From: an uncultured bacterium
GTDB taxonomy: Bacteria > Chloroflexota > UBA5177 > JANWHV01
Direction: 5' to 3'
NCBI GenBank assembly: GCA_963827235.1
Contig: CAWHAE010000019.1
Span: 176,234 to 240,233, forward strand
DNA: 64,000 bases
Position 1 is the first letter of the stretch. The number at the start of each line of letters is the position of its first letter. The position numbers and the translations under genes are program-made. Below, piece after piece: positions 1-9,569 of the stretch. The notes beneath the pieces were generated by a model. That model saw nothing but the letters and a program-made list of their open reading frames with translations, was not told the DNA's origin and made no database searches.

Positions 1-567
1 CGCATCGTCGGCTCGGCAAACCGGCAGAAGCGCTTGGTCGAAGATCTGCTCCTGCTCAGCCGTCTTGAGCTGGGCGGTATCGTGGCCAGGACTGAGCGGG
101 TAACCCTGGGCAGCCTCGTCAGCCGCGCGGCGGAGGAAATTCGCACAAGCTACCCGGGCCAGGGGATCGATCTCGACGGACCGGCCAATCTCATGGTCAT
201 GGCCGATCCCGATCGCGCCCTGGAGATTCTGCTCAATCTGGTGGACAACGCGGCCAAGTACTCACCCGAGGGATCGCCGATTCGCGTGACATGGGCGCGC
301 GAAGGCGCTTCCGCGGTCCTCTGGGTACGTGACTTCGGCGGTGGCGTCTCGGAAGAAGGCCGGCGGCACTTGTTCACGCGCTTTGGCCGCGTGCCCGGCA
401 GCCGGATGCGTGCCGGCCGCGTGGGCACGGGGCTGGGGCTCTACCTGGCCCGGAGCTTTGCCCAGGCTATGAACGGTGAGCTGGATTCGGCATCCACCGG
501 CCCTGGCGGAAGCACCTTTCGGCTCTCACTCCCGGTTGCCAAGCCGGCTCAACCCGGAGAACGTTGA
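1..567 (+). CDS. Sensor histidine kinase, C-terminal part (end of HisKA plus HATPase_c); 5' end outside window
   Basis: Frame open from base 1; N-box NLVDNAAKYS, G1 VRDFGGG, F-box LFTRFGR, G2 GTGLGL. Confidence 0.9.
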   Translation, partial: RIVGSANRQKRLVEDLLLLSRLELGGIVARTERVTLGSLVSRAAEEIRTSYPGQGIDLDGPANLMVMADPDRALEILLNLVDNAAKYSPEGSPIRVTWAREGASAVLWVRDFGGGVSEEGRRHLFTRFGRVPGSRMRAGRVGTGLGLYLARSFAQAMNGELDSASTGPGGSTFRLSLPVAKPAQPGER

Positions 568-618
568 TGCCCACCTCTTTCGCATGGCCTGCGAACTGCC
601 GGCGCGAAGGCCGGCCGA

Positions 619-1398
619 GTGGCATGGGTCACGCGGATGGGGCCCGCTTCCACCACCTCATCTTCGGGCTCACGGCAGAGGAGTTCCGTGCCGGAAAGTC
701 TCGCCGCGGGCATTGACGTCTCGGCCCGGCGCGGCCTGCATCTTGCGCTCCTGGGGGACGGGCGCAGGCTGGTGGGTGCGGTCCAGGTGCCGGATATCCA
801 TGCGGCACTGGTGTGGCTGGCGGATCATGCCGCGAGCGCTCCGGTCGGCATGGACGCTCCCCTGGGCCCACGGCTGCCGCTTCTGCGCGACGCGGCGACG
901 AGAGCCCTTGTAGCGCCTCCTCCGCCTGAGGGGCTGTATCACCGCTATCGCGTGTGCGACTACCAGCTGGCGCGCCGCGGCATCAGTCTCTATCTCTCGC
1001 CACTGGCTGGAGAGTCGCCGCCGGACTGGATGGCGGTAGGCTACGCGCTCGCCGCCGCCCTGCTGGCCTCCGGACGGCGCGCGCCTCGGCACGCGGATGA
1101 CCGCGCGGCCACGCTGTTCGAGGTGTACCCTTACGCGGCATTCGTGACTCTGCTTGGAGGCATCCCGCCGCGGAAGTCGATGCCCTCCGGGCGCGCGGCC
1201 CGCCTGAGAGCGCTGGCGGACATCGCCGGTCTGGAAGCTGCCGGCAATCACGATCTGCTCGATGCCGTCGCGGTCGCACACACGGCGGCCGTGTTCGCGG
1301 CAGGCGGCGGCTGCGCGGTGGGCGACGCGACAGAGGGCCTGATCATGCTGCCGGTTGCACGCTCGGGAGTGCGCGACCGCTACATGCGCCTGGCTTGA
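619..1398 (+). CDS. DUF429-family protein (predicted RNase H-fold nuclease); start may be 637 or 688
   Basis: Motifs GIDVS, GMDAPL, FEVYPYA, DLLDA. Confidence 0.7.
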   Translation: MAWVTRMGPASTTSSSGSRQRSSVPESLAAGIDVSARRGLHLALLGDGRRLVGAVQVPDIHAALVWLADHAASAPVGMDAPLGPRLPLLRDAATRALVAPPPPEGLYHRYRVCDYQLARRGISLYLSPLAGESPPDWMAVGYALAAALLASGRRAPRHADDRAATLFEVYPYAAFVTLLGGIPPRKSMPSGRAARLRALADIAGLEAAGNHDLLDAVAVAHTAAVFAAGGGCAVGDATEGLIMLPVARSGVRDRYMRLA

Positions 1399-1448
1399 AG
1401 CCAGGCGGGCCTCCCGCCGGGCACACACGGCGGCCGTGTTCGCGGCAG
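1276..1448 (+). repeat. Exact 28-bp direct repeat (1276-1303 and 1421-1448)
   Basis: GCACACACGGCGGCCGTGTTCGCGGCAG occurs inside the DUF429 CDS and again 22 nt after its stop. Confidence 0.9.
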
Positions 1449-1587
1449 ACCGCCACCGGCGAGCGGGCGCCCCACGGTCGCGGCCGGAGGTGTGGCCCCA
1501 TGCTTCATCGCCCTGTTGATGCTCCTGATGCCTCGGGACGCCCAGTGCCCAAGCTCGTGGGAGCGTCCGGGGACACGCTTGCGAGTG

Positions 1588-1728
1588 CCGCCAAGCGCGG
1601 AGTTCACTCCTCCCCTGGGGTTCCACCTTGGCCCGAGTGCATTGTGAGGCCACGACGAGACCTACACGGTGCGACGATGCCCCGGGATTCATTCCGCCCG
1701 TGCGTGTTTCACCGTGGCTCGAGTATAG
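1588..1728 (+). repeat. Dispersed ~140-bp repeat family, locus A: 3' half (1588-1645) followed by an internally deleted copy (1646-1728)
   Basis: CCGCCAAGCGCGGAGTTCACTCC...GGTTCCACCTTGG, then GATGCCCCGGGATTCAT...GAGTATAG; aligns by eye with 43600-43741 and 50715-50854. Confidence 0.75.
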
Positions 1729-1820
1729 CTGTGCCTGGAAAGCGAGCAAGCATGGCCGCGCTCCCTGGGATGTCTTGCGAGTCCCAGGGAGCGCGGCGCC
1801 AGGAGTACTGGGATGGAAGG

Positions 1821-2267
1821 CTAGCAGAGGCCTTCACCCACGGTCACGTACACCACGTTGCTGCGGTTGCCGTTAGTGAGATCCACGGCACGAACCGACA
1901 CGCGCTCCAGCACGCACTTCACGACCCGCGGCGGCATGCTGACCGCGATCCTGCCACCAGGTATCACCAGGTCGTACTGGCATGGGTTCGAGGAAGAGCA
2001 CTTGGGTGGCGGTGGCGGGGGCAGGATGATGGCGCGCGTGGCAGTGGTGAACACCCGCTGGCCGAGCGAGTCCAGGACCTCTACGCGGTCGCCGGAGCCG
2101 AAACCGTAGCCGGAAACATGAATGGTTGTTCCGCTCGTCACCGAGGCACTGATCTCGGGCAGCCCGGACGCGTGAGCCGCCAGGGGCTGGAGCGCTGTGA
2201 GCCCCAGAACTGCACTGATTGCCAACCCACCGAGAAACCGTGACCGAGAACCGTGTAGTGCTGCCAT
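1821..2267 (-). CDS. Hypothetical secreted protein
   Basis: Signal peptide-like N-terminus (RSRFLGGLAISAVLGLTALQPLAAHA), beta-rich body, poly-Pro stretch; GAGG before ATG 2267. Confidence 0.65.
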   Translation of the reverse strand: MAALHGSRSRFLGGLAISAVLGLTALQPLAAHASGLPEISASVTSGTTIHVSGYGFGSGDRVEVLDSLGQRVFTTATRAIILPPPPPPKCSSSNPCQYDLVIPGGRIAVSMPPRVVKCVLERVSVRAVDLTNGNRSNVVYVTVGEGLC

Positions 2268-2562
2268 GACTCGACCCTCTTTCTGCTGCGCTTGCACCTC
2301 TCATCCGGTGCATAATGCAACTCTAGAGCCGAGATATTGCCTGGCCGTTTCCGAGATACAAGCGATAATAAACAGTTTGTAATAGTTTTATTCAGTCGCC
2401 GGCAGGGCGTGGTAGAGCTGAACGACCGCGCTCTGGCTGCGGCGCCCGCGCTCAGCGTCCCAGACGGAGACGTGCTTCGGGCAGGCAGGTGAACCCGGTT
2501 CCGCCTTCGCGTGGCAAACGTCTCGGGCAGCTGCCTCCGCGGCTGATCCAGCACCTCGAAGC

Positions 2563-3516
2563 TCAGCGATAGAGCGCCAGCGTATCGATCAGGAGGTCGT
2601 AGAAGACGTCCACGTCGATATCCATGCCGACCTCTGCCGTGGCAGGCTCGCCGGTTACGTGCCGCAGGTCGCAGAGGGTGCGCCCGTAGGACGGGCCATG
2701 GCTGATGTCGATCTCCACGTGTGCCGGCCGCGTCCGCACGATGCCCGGGCGAATGACCTGCGCCACCGCGCAGGGGTCGTGCAGCGGCGGCCCGGCCAGC
2801 CCGTACGTCTCGCGATAGCGCCCGCCGAAAAAGTCGAGCCACCCGATAACCAGCGCCGCGATCGGCGTGTTCAGGACGGCGATGCGGGCCAGGCGGTCCG
2901 GCTTGGCGATCGTCTGCAGCGTGACGTCGAGTCCGACCATGGTGAGGGGCACGCCGCTGCCGAACACGATGTGCGCTGCCTCGGGGTCGGCAAAGATGTT
3001 GAACTCCGCCGCGGGCGTGGTGTTGCCCAGGCCCGCGGAGCCGCCCATCAGCACGATTCGCTCGATGCGGCCCAGGATCGCCGGATTCAGCCTCATCGCA
3101 ACGGCGACATTCGTGAGGGGTCCGGTTGGGATCAGTGTGATCGGCCGCTCGGACTCCAGCAGGGTGGCAATCAGCAGGTCGACGGCATGGCGCGGCGAGG
3201 GTTGGATAGTGATCTCCGGCAGAGCCGGCCCGTCGAGCCCGGTGCGGCCGTGGATGTGGCCGGCTACTATGCGCGACCGCACCAACGGCCGATCCATGCC
3301 GCCCGCCACCGGCACGTCGTGCACGCCCGCGGCGCTGAGCACGGCCAGCGCGTTGCGCAGCGTGTTGTCGAGCGTCTGATTCCCGGCTACGACCGTGACC
3401 AGGCGCAGGTCGAGCTTCGGTGAGCCGGCGGCAAGAAGCAAAGCGATTGCGTCGTCGTGGCCAGGATCGCAGTCCATGATCACGGGAGTGGCGTCCGCGG
3501 ATTTCTCGGTGCTCAC
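2563..3516 (-). CDS. rihA: Inosine/uridine-preferring nucleoside hydrolase (RihA-like)
   Basis: DCDPGHDD motif, GPLTNVA, AEFNIFADPEAA, LHDP. Confidence 0.9.
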   Translation of the reverse strand: MSTEKSADATPVIMDCDPGHDDAIALLLAAGSPKLDLRLVTVVAGNQTLDNTLRNALAVLSAAGVHDVPVAGGMDRPLVRSRIVAGHIHGRTGLDGPALPEITIQPSPRHAVDLLIATLLESERPITLIPTGPLTNVAVAMRLNPAILGRIERIVLMGGSAGLGNTTPAAEFNIFADPEAAHIVFGSGVPLTMVGLDVTLQTIAKPDRLARIAVLNTPIAALVIGWLDFFGGRYRETYGLAGPPLHDPCAVAQVIRPGIVRTRPAHVEIDISHGPSYGRTLCDLRHVTGEPATAEVGMDIDVDVFYDLLIDTLALYR

Positions 3517-4193
3517 TGGCAGTCTCCCGCGTGTACGACCCAGACCCAGGCGGCGAGGGAGGTGTCCAGGTCGGCCGGGGCAGCCTGCTCCTCAACCTGC
3601 AGGTCCATGTGCTTCCCCGATCGCGCTCGCAGACGAAGCGTGGTGGCGGGCTGCACGTGGAGCGCGGCATAGTCCCGCATCCACTCCGCGCGATGCTCCG
3701 CCAGCTCGGACACGGCGAGCACGCGCAGCCTGGCGGACAGCGGCGCCGTGGCCAGGGCAAAAGCACCCTGATCGCGAAAGTAGGCGGCGGCATCGAATCC
3801 CGGCCGCGGAATGGGATTGCCGTGCGGACAAAAACGGGGCTGCGAAAGCCGGCGGTCGATCTGTTCCTGGACCACATCGGTGAGCCCGCGCTCGAACTGC
3901 CGTGCCTGCTCGTGCGCTTCGGCCCAATCCACGCCCAGCACGTCGACCAGAAATCTCTCCGACAAACAGTGGCGGCGCACGCCCTCTTCCGCGCGAGCCC
4001 GGCCGCTGTCGGTCAAGCTGATGTTCCGCTCCGCGTACTCGATCAAACCGTCTCGCTCGAGACGGCTGATGGTAGCGCCTGCCGCGGCGCGCGACACGCC
4101 GAACAGGCCTGCCAGGGTGGTAGCGTGCACCACGTGCCCTTCGGCTTGCAGCGAGTAGATTGCCTCGAGGTAGTCGCCCACGACCGTACGCAC
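3513..4193 (-). CDS. DtxR/MntR-family metal-dependent transcriptional regulator with FeoA-like C-terminus
   Basis: DYLEAIY winged HTH, RRHCLSERFL, CPHGNPIP; 4-nt overlap with the hydrolase start. Confidence 0.85.
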   Translation of the reverse strand: MRTVVGDYLEAIYSLQAEGHVVHATTLAGLFGVSRAAAGATISRLERDGLIEYAERNISLTDSGRARAEEGVRRHCLSERFLVDVLGVDWAEAHEQARQFERGLTDVVQEQIDRRLSQPRFCPHGNPIPRPGFDAAAYFRDQGAFALATAPLSARLRVLAVSELAEHRAEWMRDYAALHVQPATTLRLRARSGKHMDLQVEEQAAPADLDTSLAAWVWVVHAGDCQ

Positions 4194-4282
4194 GCCTTTT
4201 GCCCCCTTACCGCCTCAGTATGGCCTTTCAGACGATTTGGGCGCAAGCACGAATCTTGGCAATAGGAAGCATTTGGGCGGCA

Positions 4283-4311
4283 TTGACGCGCTACGCGCGG
4301 CGGCCTATCCT
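4283..4311 (+). promoter_or_regulatory. Sigma70-type promoter for tRNA-Leu
   Basis: TTGACG-17 nt-TATCCT, 22 nt upstream of the tRNA. Confidence 0.7.
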
Positions 4312-4333
4312 GAATGGGCAACATTCTGTCCGG

Positions 4334-4416
4334 GCCGAAGTGGCGGAACGGTAGACGCGGCGGTCTCAAAAACCGTTGAGGACAACCTCGTGTGGGTTCG
4401 AATCCCACCTTCGGCA
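4334..4416 (+). tRNA. tRNA-Leu (anticodon CAA); CCA not encoded
   Basis: Acceptor stem GCCGAAG/CTTCGGC, anticodon loop CTCAAAA (CAA 4367-4369), long variable arm, T-loop GGTTCGAATCC. Confidence 0.95.
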
Positions 4417-4439
4417 CTGCAACTTGCCGGCGGGCACCC

Positions 4440-4664
4440 CTACGAGCCGAGCTGCATGATGGCGACGATCAGCGGAATGCCGATCGCCAGCAGCAGGATG
4501 CCGAAACACATGGTCACGATAGCCGTCCGCCGCCGGGCGAGCCTCAGGTGACGGTCGAGATCCGAGCCGTCGCCCACTGCCAAGGCCCGGCGAAGATTAT
4601 GGACGCCGGCCACAAGGAAGAGCAGGCCGGGGAGCAGGATGGCGACCGGCATGTGCGCGATCAC
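4440..4664 (-). CDS. Small two-helix membrane protein, last gene of the GT9 operon
   Basis: Two hydrophobic stretches; 4-nt overlap with the upstream GT9 stop. Confidence 0.5.
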   Translation of the reverse strand: MIAHMPVAILLPGLLFLVAGVHNLRRALAVGDGSDLDRHLRLARRRTAIVTMCFGILLLAIGIPLIVAIMQLGS

Positions 4665-5863
4665 GGCTCGTGCCCCAGCACTGTGAGCGCCGCGCCCAGC
4701 ACCTCGCTGACCGTGACGTCAATCATGCACGACGGCTGCCCGTAGGGGCACTCCGCTGTCGCGCGCAGCGTGTAGCACGGGCTGCATCCCAAACCCCGGC
4801 GGATGACCACCGCGGGCTGTCCTGCACGTGGCGTGGGTCCATAGATGGCGGGGTCGGTCGGACCGTAGATCGAGACCGTCGGTCGCCCTAGCGCCACGGC
4901 CAGATGGAGAGGCCCGCTGTCGCCGCTGATTACCAGGTCGCAGCGCGCAAGCACCGCCAGCAGCTCGTCCAGGTTCGTCTCTCCGGTCAGCACGATCGGC
5001 TGCCGGCACATGCGCGCCGCGATGTCGGCGGCGATGCCGCGCTCGCTTTCGGAGCCGGTCAGAATGACTTTGAAGCCGTGTACACCGATCATGTCGTCGG
5101 CCAGCGCCGCCCAGTGCGAGGCGGGCCAGCGCTTGGCGGTGCCGTTGATCGCGCCTCCGTGAATGCCGACCACTACGTCGGCCTGACCGACGCCCAGGAG
5201 ACGCAAGCGGTCCTGCATATGCTCCGCAGCCCGCCGGTCGACGCCAAGAACCGGCACGCGCGGTCGCCCATCCGCGCCCGCAGCCGCCGCCAGATCGAGA
5301 TCCCAGCGTATCTCGTGCCGGCGACGGGCAAACCGCCCTCCCGCCACCGGATCGGTCAGCGCGAACGGGTAGGCTTCACGCCTGTAGCCCACCCGGCGGC
5401 GGGCGCCGCTTGCCAGTGCTAGCAGGCTTGCCATCCTGCCGTAGAGGCTGACGCAGAGGTCGAATCGTTGCCGGCGCAGCCGGGCAATCGTGCTCACGAA
5501 TACCACGTAGGTACTTACCCTGCACAGGTTCCGTGGACTGCGAATGCTCTTCATATCCAGCACGACTGCCTCGTCGACGAAGGGGAACTGGCGAGGGATG
5601 GCCACCGTGTAGGGCTGGGTGAGCATAGTGATGCGCGCTGCGGGGTAACGCTCGTGCAGAGCTTCCACGGCCGTCATCGAATTGAGCACGTCGCCCAGCA
5701 GATCGAGCCGGATGACCAGGATTCGCCGCATTGTCGCGGTGTCGATCGGTGTGCGCGGCCGGCCGAGGTGCCGCAAGCGGCCGCCGAATCCTACCGCGGC
5801 GATTAGCACGTAGAAAACTGCCTCCAGGAGATGCTTGAGCCGGAGTTTGAGGAAGCGTTTCAC
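4661..5863 (-). CDS. Glycosyltransferase family 9 (WaaF/heptosyltransferase-like)
   Basis: ILVIRLDLLGDV, KRWP, DSGPLHLAVA, CSPC motif. Confidence 0.9.
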   Translation of the reverse strand: MKRFLKLRLKHLLEAVFYVLIAAVGFGGRLRHLGRPRTPIDTATMRRILVIRLDLLGDVLNSMTAVEALHERYPAARITMLTQPYTVAIPRQFPFVDEAVVLDMKSIRSPRNLCRVSTYVVFVSTIARLRRQRFDLCVSLYGRMASLLALASGARRRVGYRREAYPFALTDPVAGGRFARRRHEIRWDLDLAAAAGADGRPRVPVLGVDRRAAEHMQDRLRLLGVGQADVVVGIHGGAINGTAKRWPASHWAALADDMIGVHGFKVILTGSESERGIAADIAARMCRQPIVLTGETNLDELLAVLARCDLVISGDSGPLHLAVALGRPTVSIYGPTDPAIYGPTPRAGQPAVVIRRGLGCSPCYTLRATAECPYGQPSCMIDVTVSEVLGAALTVLGHEP

Positions 5864-5864
5864 G

Positions 5865-7052
5865 TCAGATCTCCGCCGCGGCCATCACGCTGCTGCAGGC
5901 GGCCAGCACGTCGTCGACCGCGATCGCCCGCATGCAGGGCGGCGGTCCGTCGGAGCCCGGCTCCAATCGGCAGCAGTCGAGCCGGCGACACGGCCTGCAC
6001 GGCAGCTCTGTGGCAACCACGACATGCCGCTCGCGATCGTCCCAGGGCCCGAACTGAGCCGGATCGGCCGGCCCGAACAGGACGACGCTGGGCGTGCCGG
6101 CGACAACCGCGAGATGAAGCGCCCCGTTGTCGACGCCTACGACCAGGCCGGCTCGCCGGAGCACGACCTCGAGCTCTCCCCAGCTCAAGCGGCCCGCAAG
6201 GTTGAGCGCGCCGTCGGGCAGGCGGGCGCAGAGCTCGGCTGCCTTCTCGGCCTCGCCGGGGCTGCCGGTCACGACCAGGCGCTCGGCCAGCCGTTCCCGC
6301 AGCAGTGCCGTACCGAGCTCCGCGAAACGGTCCATGGGCCAAGACTTGAGCGCCGAGCCCGATCCCGGGTGGAGCACCGCATAGCGCGGCGTTTCCAGGC
6401 CGGCTTCGCGCAACAGAAGCGTTGCCTCCACGTCGTCGGCAAAGGTGGCGGCGGATACGAGCGCTGGTGGCCCGGACGCGTTCTCGCGCTCGCGGAGGGG
6501 CGGCAGACCAAGAAATGCCTCCACCAGATCCAGTGCTTCCTGGGCTGCATGACGCCCCGGCACGTATGCCACGGCCTCGCTCAGGAAGGGCAGCGTCTCG
6601 TCGGTCGCGTACCCCATTCGCAGCGGAATACCGGCCAGTGCGGCTAGCCAGGCGCCCCACCAGTGGTCCGGCCGCAGGATCAGGGCGGCATCGAAGGAGT
6701 GCCGGCGGCGAAGCAGCAATGCCCAGGAGAGCAGCAGGCGGTACGGCCGCTCGTGCGAGCCGGCCCCGCGATTGAACCCGGGAAAAGGACAGATCAGCAC
6801 CTCGAAGCCCGAATGCGTGCCCAGGGCAGCGCGGCTCCAGGGTCCCACTGCCACGGTAAGACGAGTGCGCGGTAGCGCCCGGCGCAGACGCTCGATCGCC
6901 GGGCGGCTGAGCAACACGTCTCCCAGGTGGTCGGGCCGGATCACCAGTACGGACCGCGGCGGGGCGGAGCCCCGGCCGCGGCCTCGCTGCACAAGGCGTA
7001 GCACGCGGCCGCAGCAGCGCAGCAGGGCCAGCCGCAGGCGTTGCTTCAGCAC
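5865..7052 (-). CDS. Glycosyltransferase family 9
   Basis: C-terminal part of ORF 5865..8084; VLVIRPDHLGDV, KSWP, DNGALHLA, CRPC; GTG start 7052 overlaps the upstream stop. Confidence 0.88.
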   Translation of the reverse strand: MLKQRLRLALLRCCGRVLRLVQRGRGRGSAPPRSVLVIRPDHLGDVLLSRPAIERLRRALPRTRLTVAVGPWSRAALGTHSGFEVLICPFPGFNRGAGSHERPYRLLLSWALLLRRRHSFDAALILRPDHWWGAWLAALAGIPLRMGYATDETLPFLSEAVAYVPGRHAAQEALDLVEAFLGLPPLRERENASGPPALVSAATFADDVEATLLLREAGLETPRYAVLHPGSGSALKSWPMDRFAELGTALLRERLAERLVVTGSPGEAEKAAELCARLPDGALNLAGRLSWGELEVVLRRAGLVVGVDNGALHLAVVAGTPSVVLFGPADPAQFGPWDDRERHVVVATELPCRPCRRLDCCRLEPGSDGPPPCMRAIAVDDVLAACSSVMAAAEI

Positions 7053-8221
7053 GGGCGGCCCTCCTGGAGAAGCTCGTGACAGGCGGAAGCTACCGTGGCG
7101 GCCGGCAGGCCGCGCATGCAGGCGTGCCGGTTTGGACAGGGGGGAAAGCGGCCGTGCACGAAGCACGGACTGCAGGGAATGTCGAGTCGCACGAGTCGCG
7201 AGCGAATGTCGTATGGGCGGTACAGATGCGCCGGCGTGGGCCCGAACACGGCCACCACCGGGCAGCCTACGGCAACAGCTAGGTGCATCGGTCCCGAATC
7301 GTTTCCCACGTAGAGCAGGCAGCGCTGGAAGAACGCCGCTCGCTCGGCAAACGGAATGGCACCGGTGAGATCGACAGGCGGCACGCGCATCGCCGCGCGC
7401 ATCGCCCGGCACACGGCCTCGTCTTGTGGACCGCCCACGATCGCGATCTGCGCCCCTTCGGTCTCGTGCAGGTGGTCGGCGATCTCGGCGAAGCGCTCGG
7501 GCAGCCATCGTTTTTCGGGCAGGTCCATGCCCGGGTTGGTGCCGCCGCCCGGCGCGATGGCGATAACCCTGGAGCCCAGGTCGCGCTGCTGCCAGAGCAG
7601 TTCGGTGGCTTGCACGGCCTGCGCTCCCGGCACAAAGCGCAGGCGCTGGCCGTCCGTCGGGCAGCCGAGCGCGCCGGCAACGCTGAGATACAGGTCTGCC
7701 TCGTGCATCGACTCGTTCCACGGCACACCAACATTGAGGGCGAACCCGCGTCCGGCGCTGTCGATGCCGGCACGCACCCCTATGCCGGCCAGCAGCGGCA
7801 GGACAGTGAACAGCGGCGAACGTTCCAGGACCAGGCAGATATCGTAGCGTCCCGAGCGCAAGCGCGTCAGGAGGCGGACCACGGAACGCCGGTCCCGTCC
7901 GGCGCCCGGTCCCGCGTCCACGATCGCGGCGACGTCCGGATGGCCCTCGATTGCCGGTCGAGCGTGGCGGCCCACGGCAAAGTCGATGGCGCATTCGGGA
8001 AAGCGCATGCGCAGGGCGGCGATCACGGGCGTCGCCATCAGCACGTCGCCCAGGCAGCACGGCTTGATCACCACGATGCGGCACGGGCCCACGGGCATCC
8101 GAGGGTTGGACATGAACGGCCGGAGTACGGCGCGCAGGATGGTGAAACAGGTGGTGAGGAAGCGCTCACGCCGGGGGCGGCCGGCGGCGGGTCGCACGAT
8201 CAGGGGCCTGCACTCGTCCAT
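7046..8221 (-). CDS. Glycosyltransferase family 9
   Basis: IVVIKPCCLGDV, KRWL, NDSGPMHLA, CSPC; start 8221 or 8113. Confidence 0.88.
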   Translation of the reverse strand: MDECRPLIVRPAAGRPRRERFLTTCFTILRAVLRPFMSNPRMPVGPCRIVVIKPCCLGDVLMATPVIAALRMRFPECAIDFAVGRHARPAIEGHPDVAAIVDAGPGAGRDRRSVVRLLTRLRSGRYDICLVLERSPLFTVLPLLAGIGVRAGIDSAGRGFALNVGVPWNESMHEADLYLSVAGALGCPTDGQRLRFVPGAQAVQATELLWQQRDLGSRVIAIAPGGGTNPGMDLPEKRWLPERFAEIADHLHETEGAQIAIVGGPQDEAVCRAMRAAMRVPPVDLTGAIPFAERAAFFQRCLLYVGNDSGPMHLAVAVGCPVVAVFGPTPAHLYRPYDIRSRLVRLDIPCSPCFVHGRFPPCPNRHACMRGLPAATVASACHELLQEGRPC

Positions 8222-8387
8222 ACGTGCGGACAAGTGTACCGCACCGGCCGCGAAACCGGTCGCCCGCCGCTTGCTTGTCCGCTGCCGTGCCTGTAGAATC
8301 CTAGCGGACTGCCGGGGTCTACTCCCGCGCGCCGCGGGGCCGCCTCGAGCATGTGTCGCGCGTTTGGCTGCAACAAGGAGGCACGGC

Positions 8388-9407
8388 ATGGCCTCGTGGC
8401 TGCAAGCGCTTAACGAGGATCCTCTTCCCTGGCTACTGGAGGACAGCACACCTGCAGTCCGGCATCTGGCGCTGCGCCACCTCTTGGGGCGCACGGCGGA
8501 CGATCCCGAGGTGGCCGCGGCCCGCGCCGAGGCGATGGAGACTGCTCCGATTGCTCCCATTCTCGCCGCCCAGAATCCGGCCGGTTTCTGGGTCAAGCCG
8601 GGCCCGGGCTACGGACCCAAGTATCGCGGCACGGTCTGGCAGCTGATCTTCCTTGATCAGATGGGCGCGGATGGCACGGATCCCCGGGTGCACGCTGCTT
8701 GCGCCTACGTGCTTGCGCATACACAGTCCGTGAGCGGCGGCTTCGTCGCGTCGGGGAGCACGACGGAGGCGCCTCCGCCGCCTTCCTTTGCCATCCATTG
8801 CCTGCATGGTAACTTGCTGCGCGCGTTGATCGGCTTTGGCTGGCAGGTGGACGAGCGCGTGCGGCACGCCGTGGAGTGGCAGGCGATGGCGATCACTGGG
8901 GATGACTTTGGCTGGTACTTCCAGTCGGGCACGTCCGGGCCGCGATTCTCCTGTGCGGCAAACGGGCATCTGCCCTGCGCATGGGGTGCGGTCAAGGCCC
9001 TCTCGGCACTGGCGCGGGTTCCGGCGTCGCAGCGCACGCCGCTGGTCGAGCGATCGCTCCGGGAGGGCGTCGAGTTTCTGCTCGGCGTCGACCCGCTCTC
9101 GGCCGCCTACCCTGCCGGCCGTCGCTCCACGACGCCGAGCTCGTCGTGGTTCAAGCTCGGCTTTCCCGGTGGCTACATCGCCGACGTGCTTGAGAATCTG
9201 GAGGTCCTGTGCGAGCTGGGGTATGCCGGGGATCGACGCATCGAGCCGGCGGTCGAGTGGCTCCTCGGCAAGCAGGATGGCCACGGGCGCTGGAAGAACG
9301 AGCATGCCTATACGGGAAAGACCTGGGAAAACATCGAGAGGCAGGGGCGACCCAGCAAATGGGTCACGCTCCGCGCCTGCCGCGTGATCGCGGCGGCCCG
9401 CTGTTGA
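8388..9407 (+). CDS. Prenyltransferase/squalene-cyclase-like alpha-barrel repeat protein
   Basis: QW-like repeats ILAAQNPAGFW and LLGKQDGHGRW, C-terminal PSKWVTLRA; RBS AAGGAGG before ATG 8388. Confidence 0.7.
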   Translation: MASWLQALNEDPLPWLLEDSTPAVRHLALRHLLGRTADDPEVAAARAEAMETAPIAPILAAQNPAGFWVKPGPGYGPKYRGTVWQLIFLDQMGADGTDPRVHAACAYVLAHTQSVSGGFVASGSTTEAPPPPSFAIHCLHGNLLRALIGFGWQVDERVRHAVEWQAMAITGDDFGWYFQSGTSGPRFSCAANGHLPCAWGAVKALSALARVPASQRTPLVERSLREGVEFLLGVDPLSAAYPAGRRSTTPSSSWFKLGFPGGYIADVLENLEVLCELGYAGDRRIEPAVEWLLGKQDGHGRWKNEHAYTGKTWENIERQGRPSKWVTLRACRVIAAARC

Positions 9408-9569
9408 CCCGCTTGCCTTGAGGTCGGCTGGGCAGCCGTGGGTTCGGTCCGGAAGCCCACGGAGCGCTCACGCTCGGGCGGGGAACGCCGCACGCTGAGT
9501 GGCTAGATGCAAGCCACGCCGGGAGCGGCACTGGTGGCGAACACGCACTCGATGCCCCAGGATGAATCC

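Noticed and set aside
4334-4440. tRNA-Leu as the integration site of an island
   Set aside because: No integrase and no duplicate of the tRNA 3' end seen in the window.
8388-9407. Nitrogenase iron protein, a label sometimes attached to this family
   Set aside because: No P-loop or NifH cysteine motifs and no nif genes nearby.
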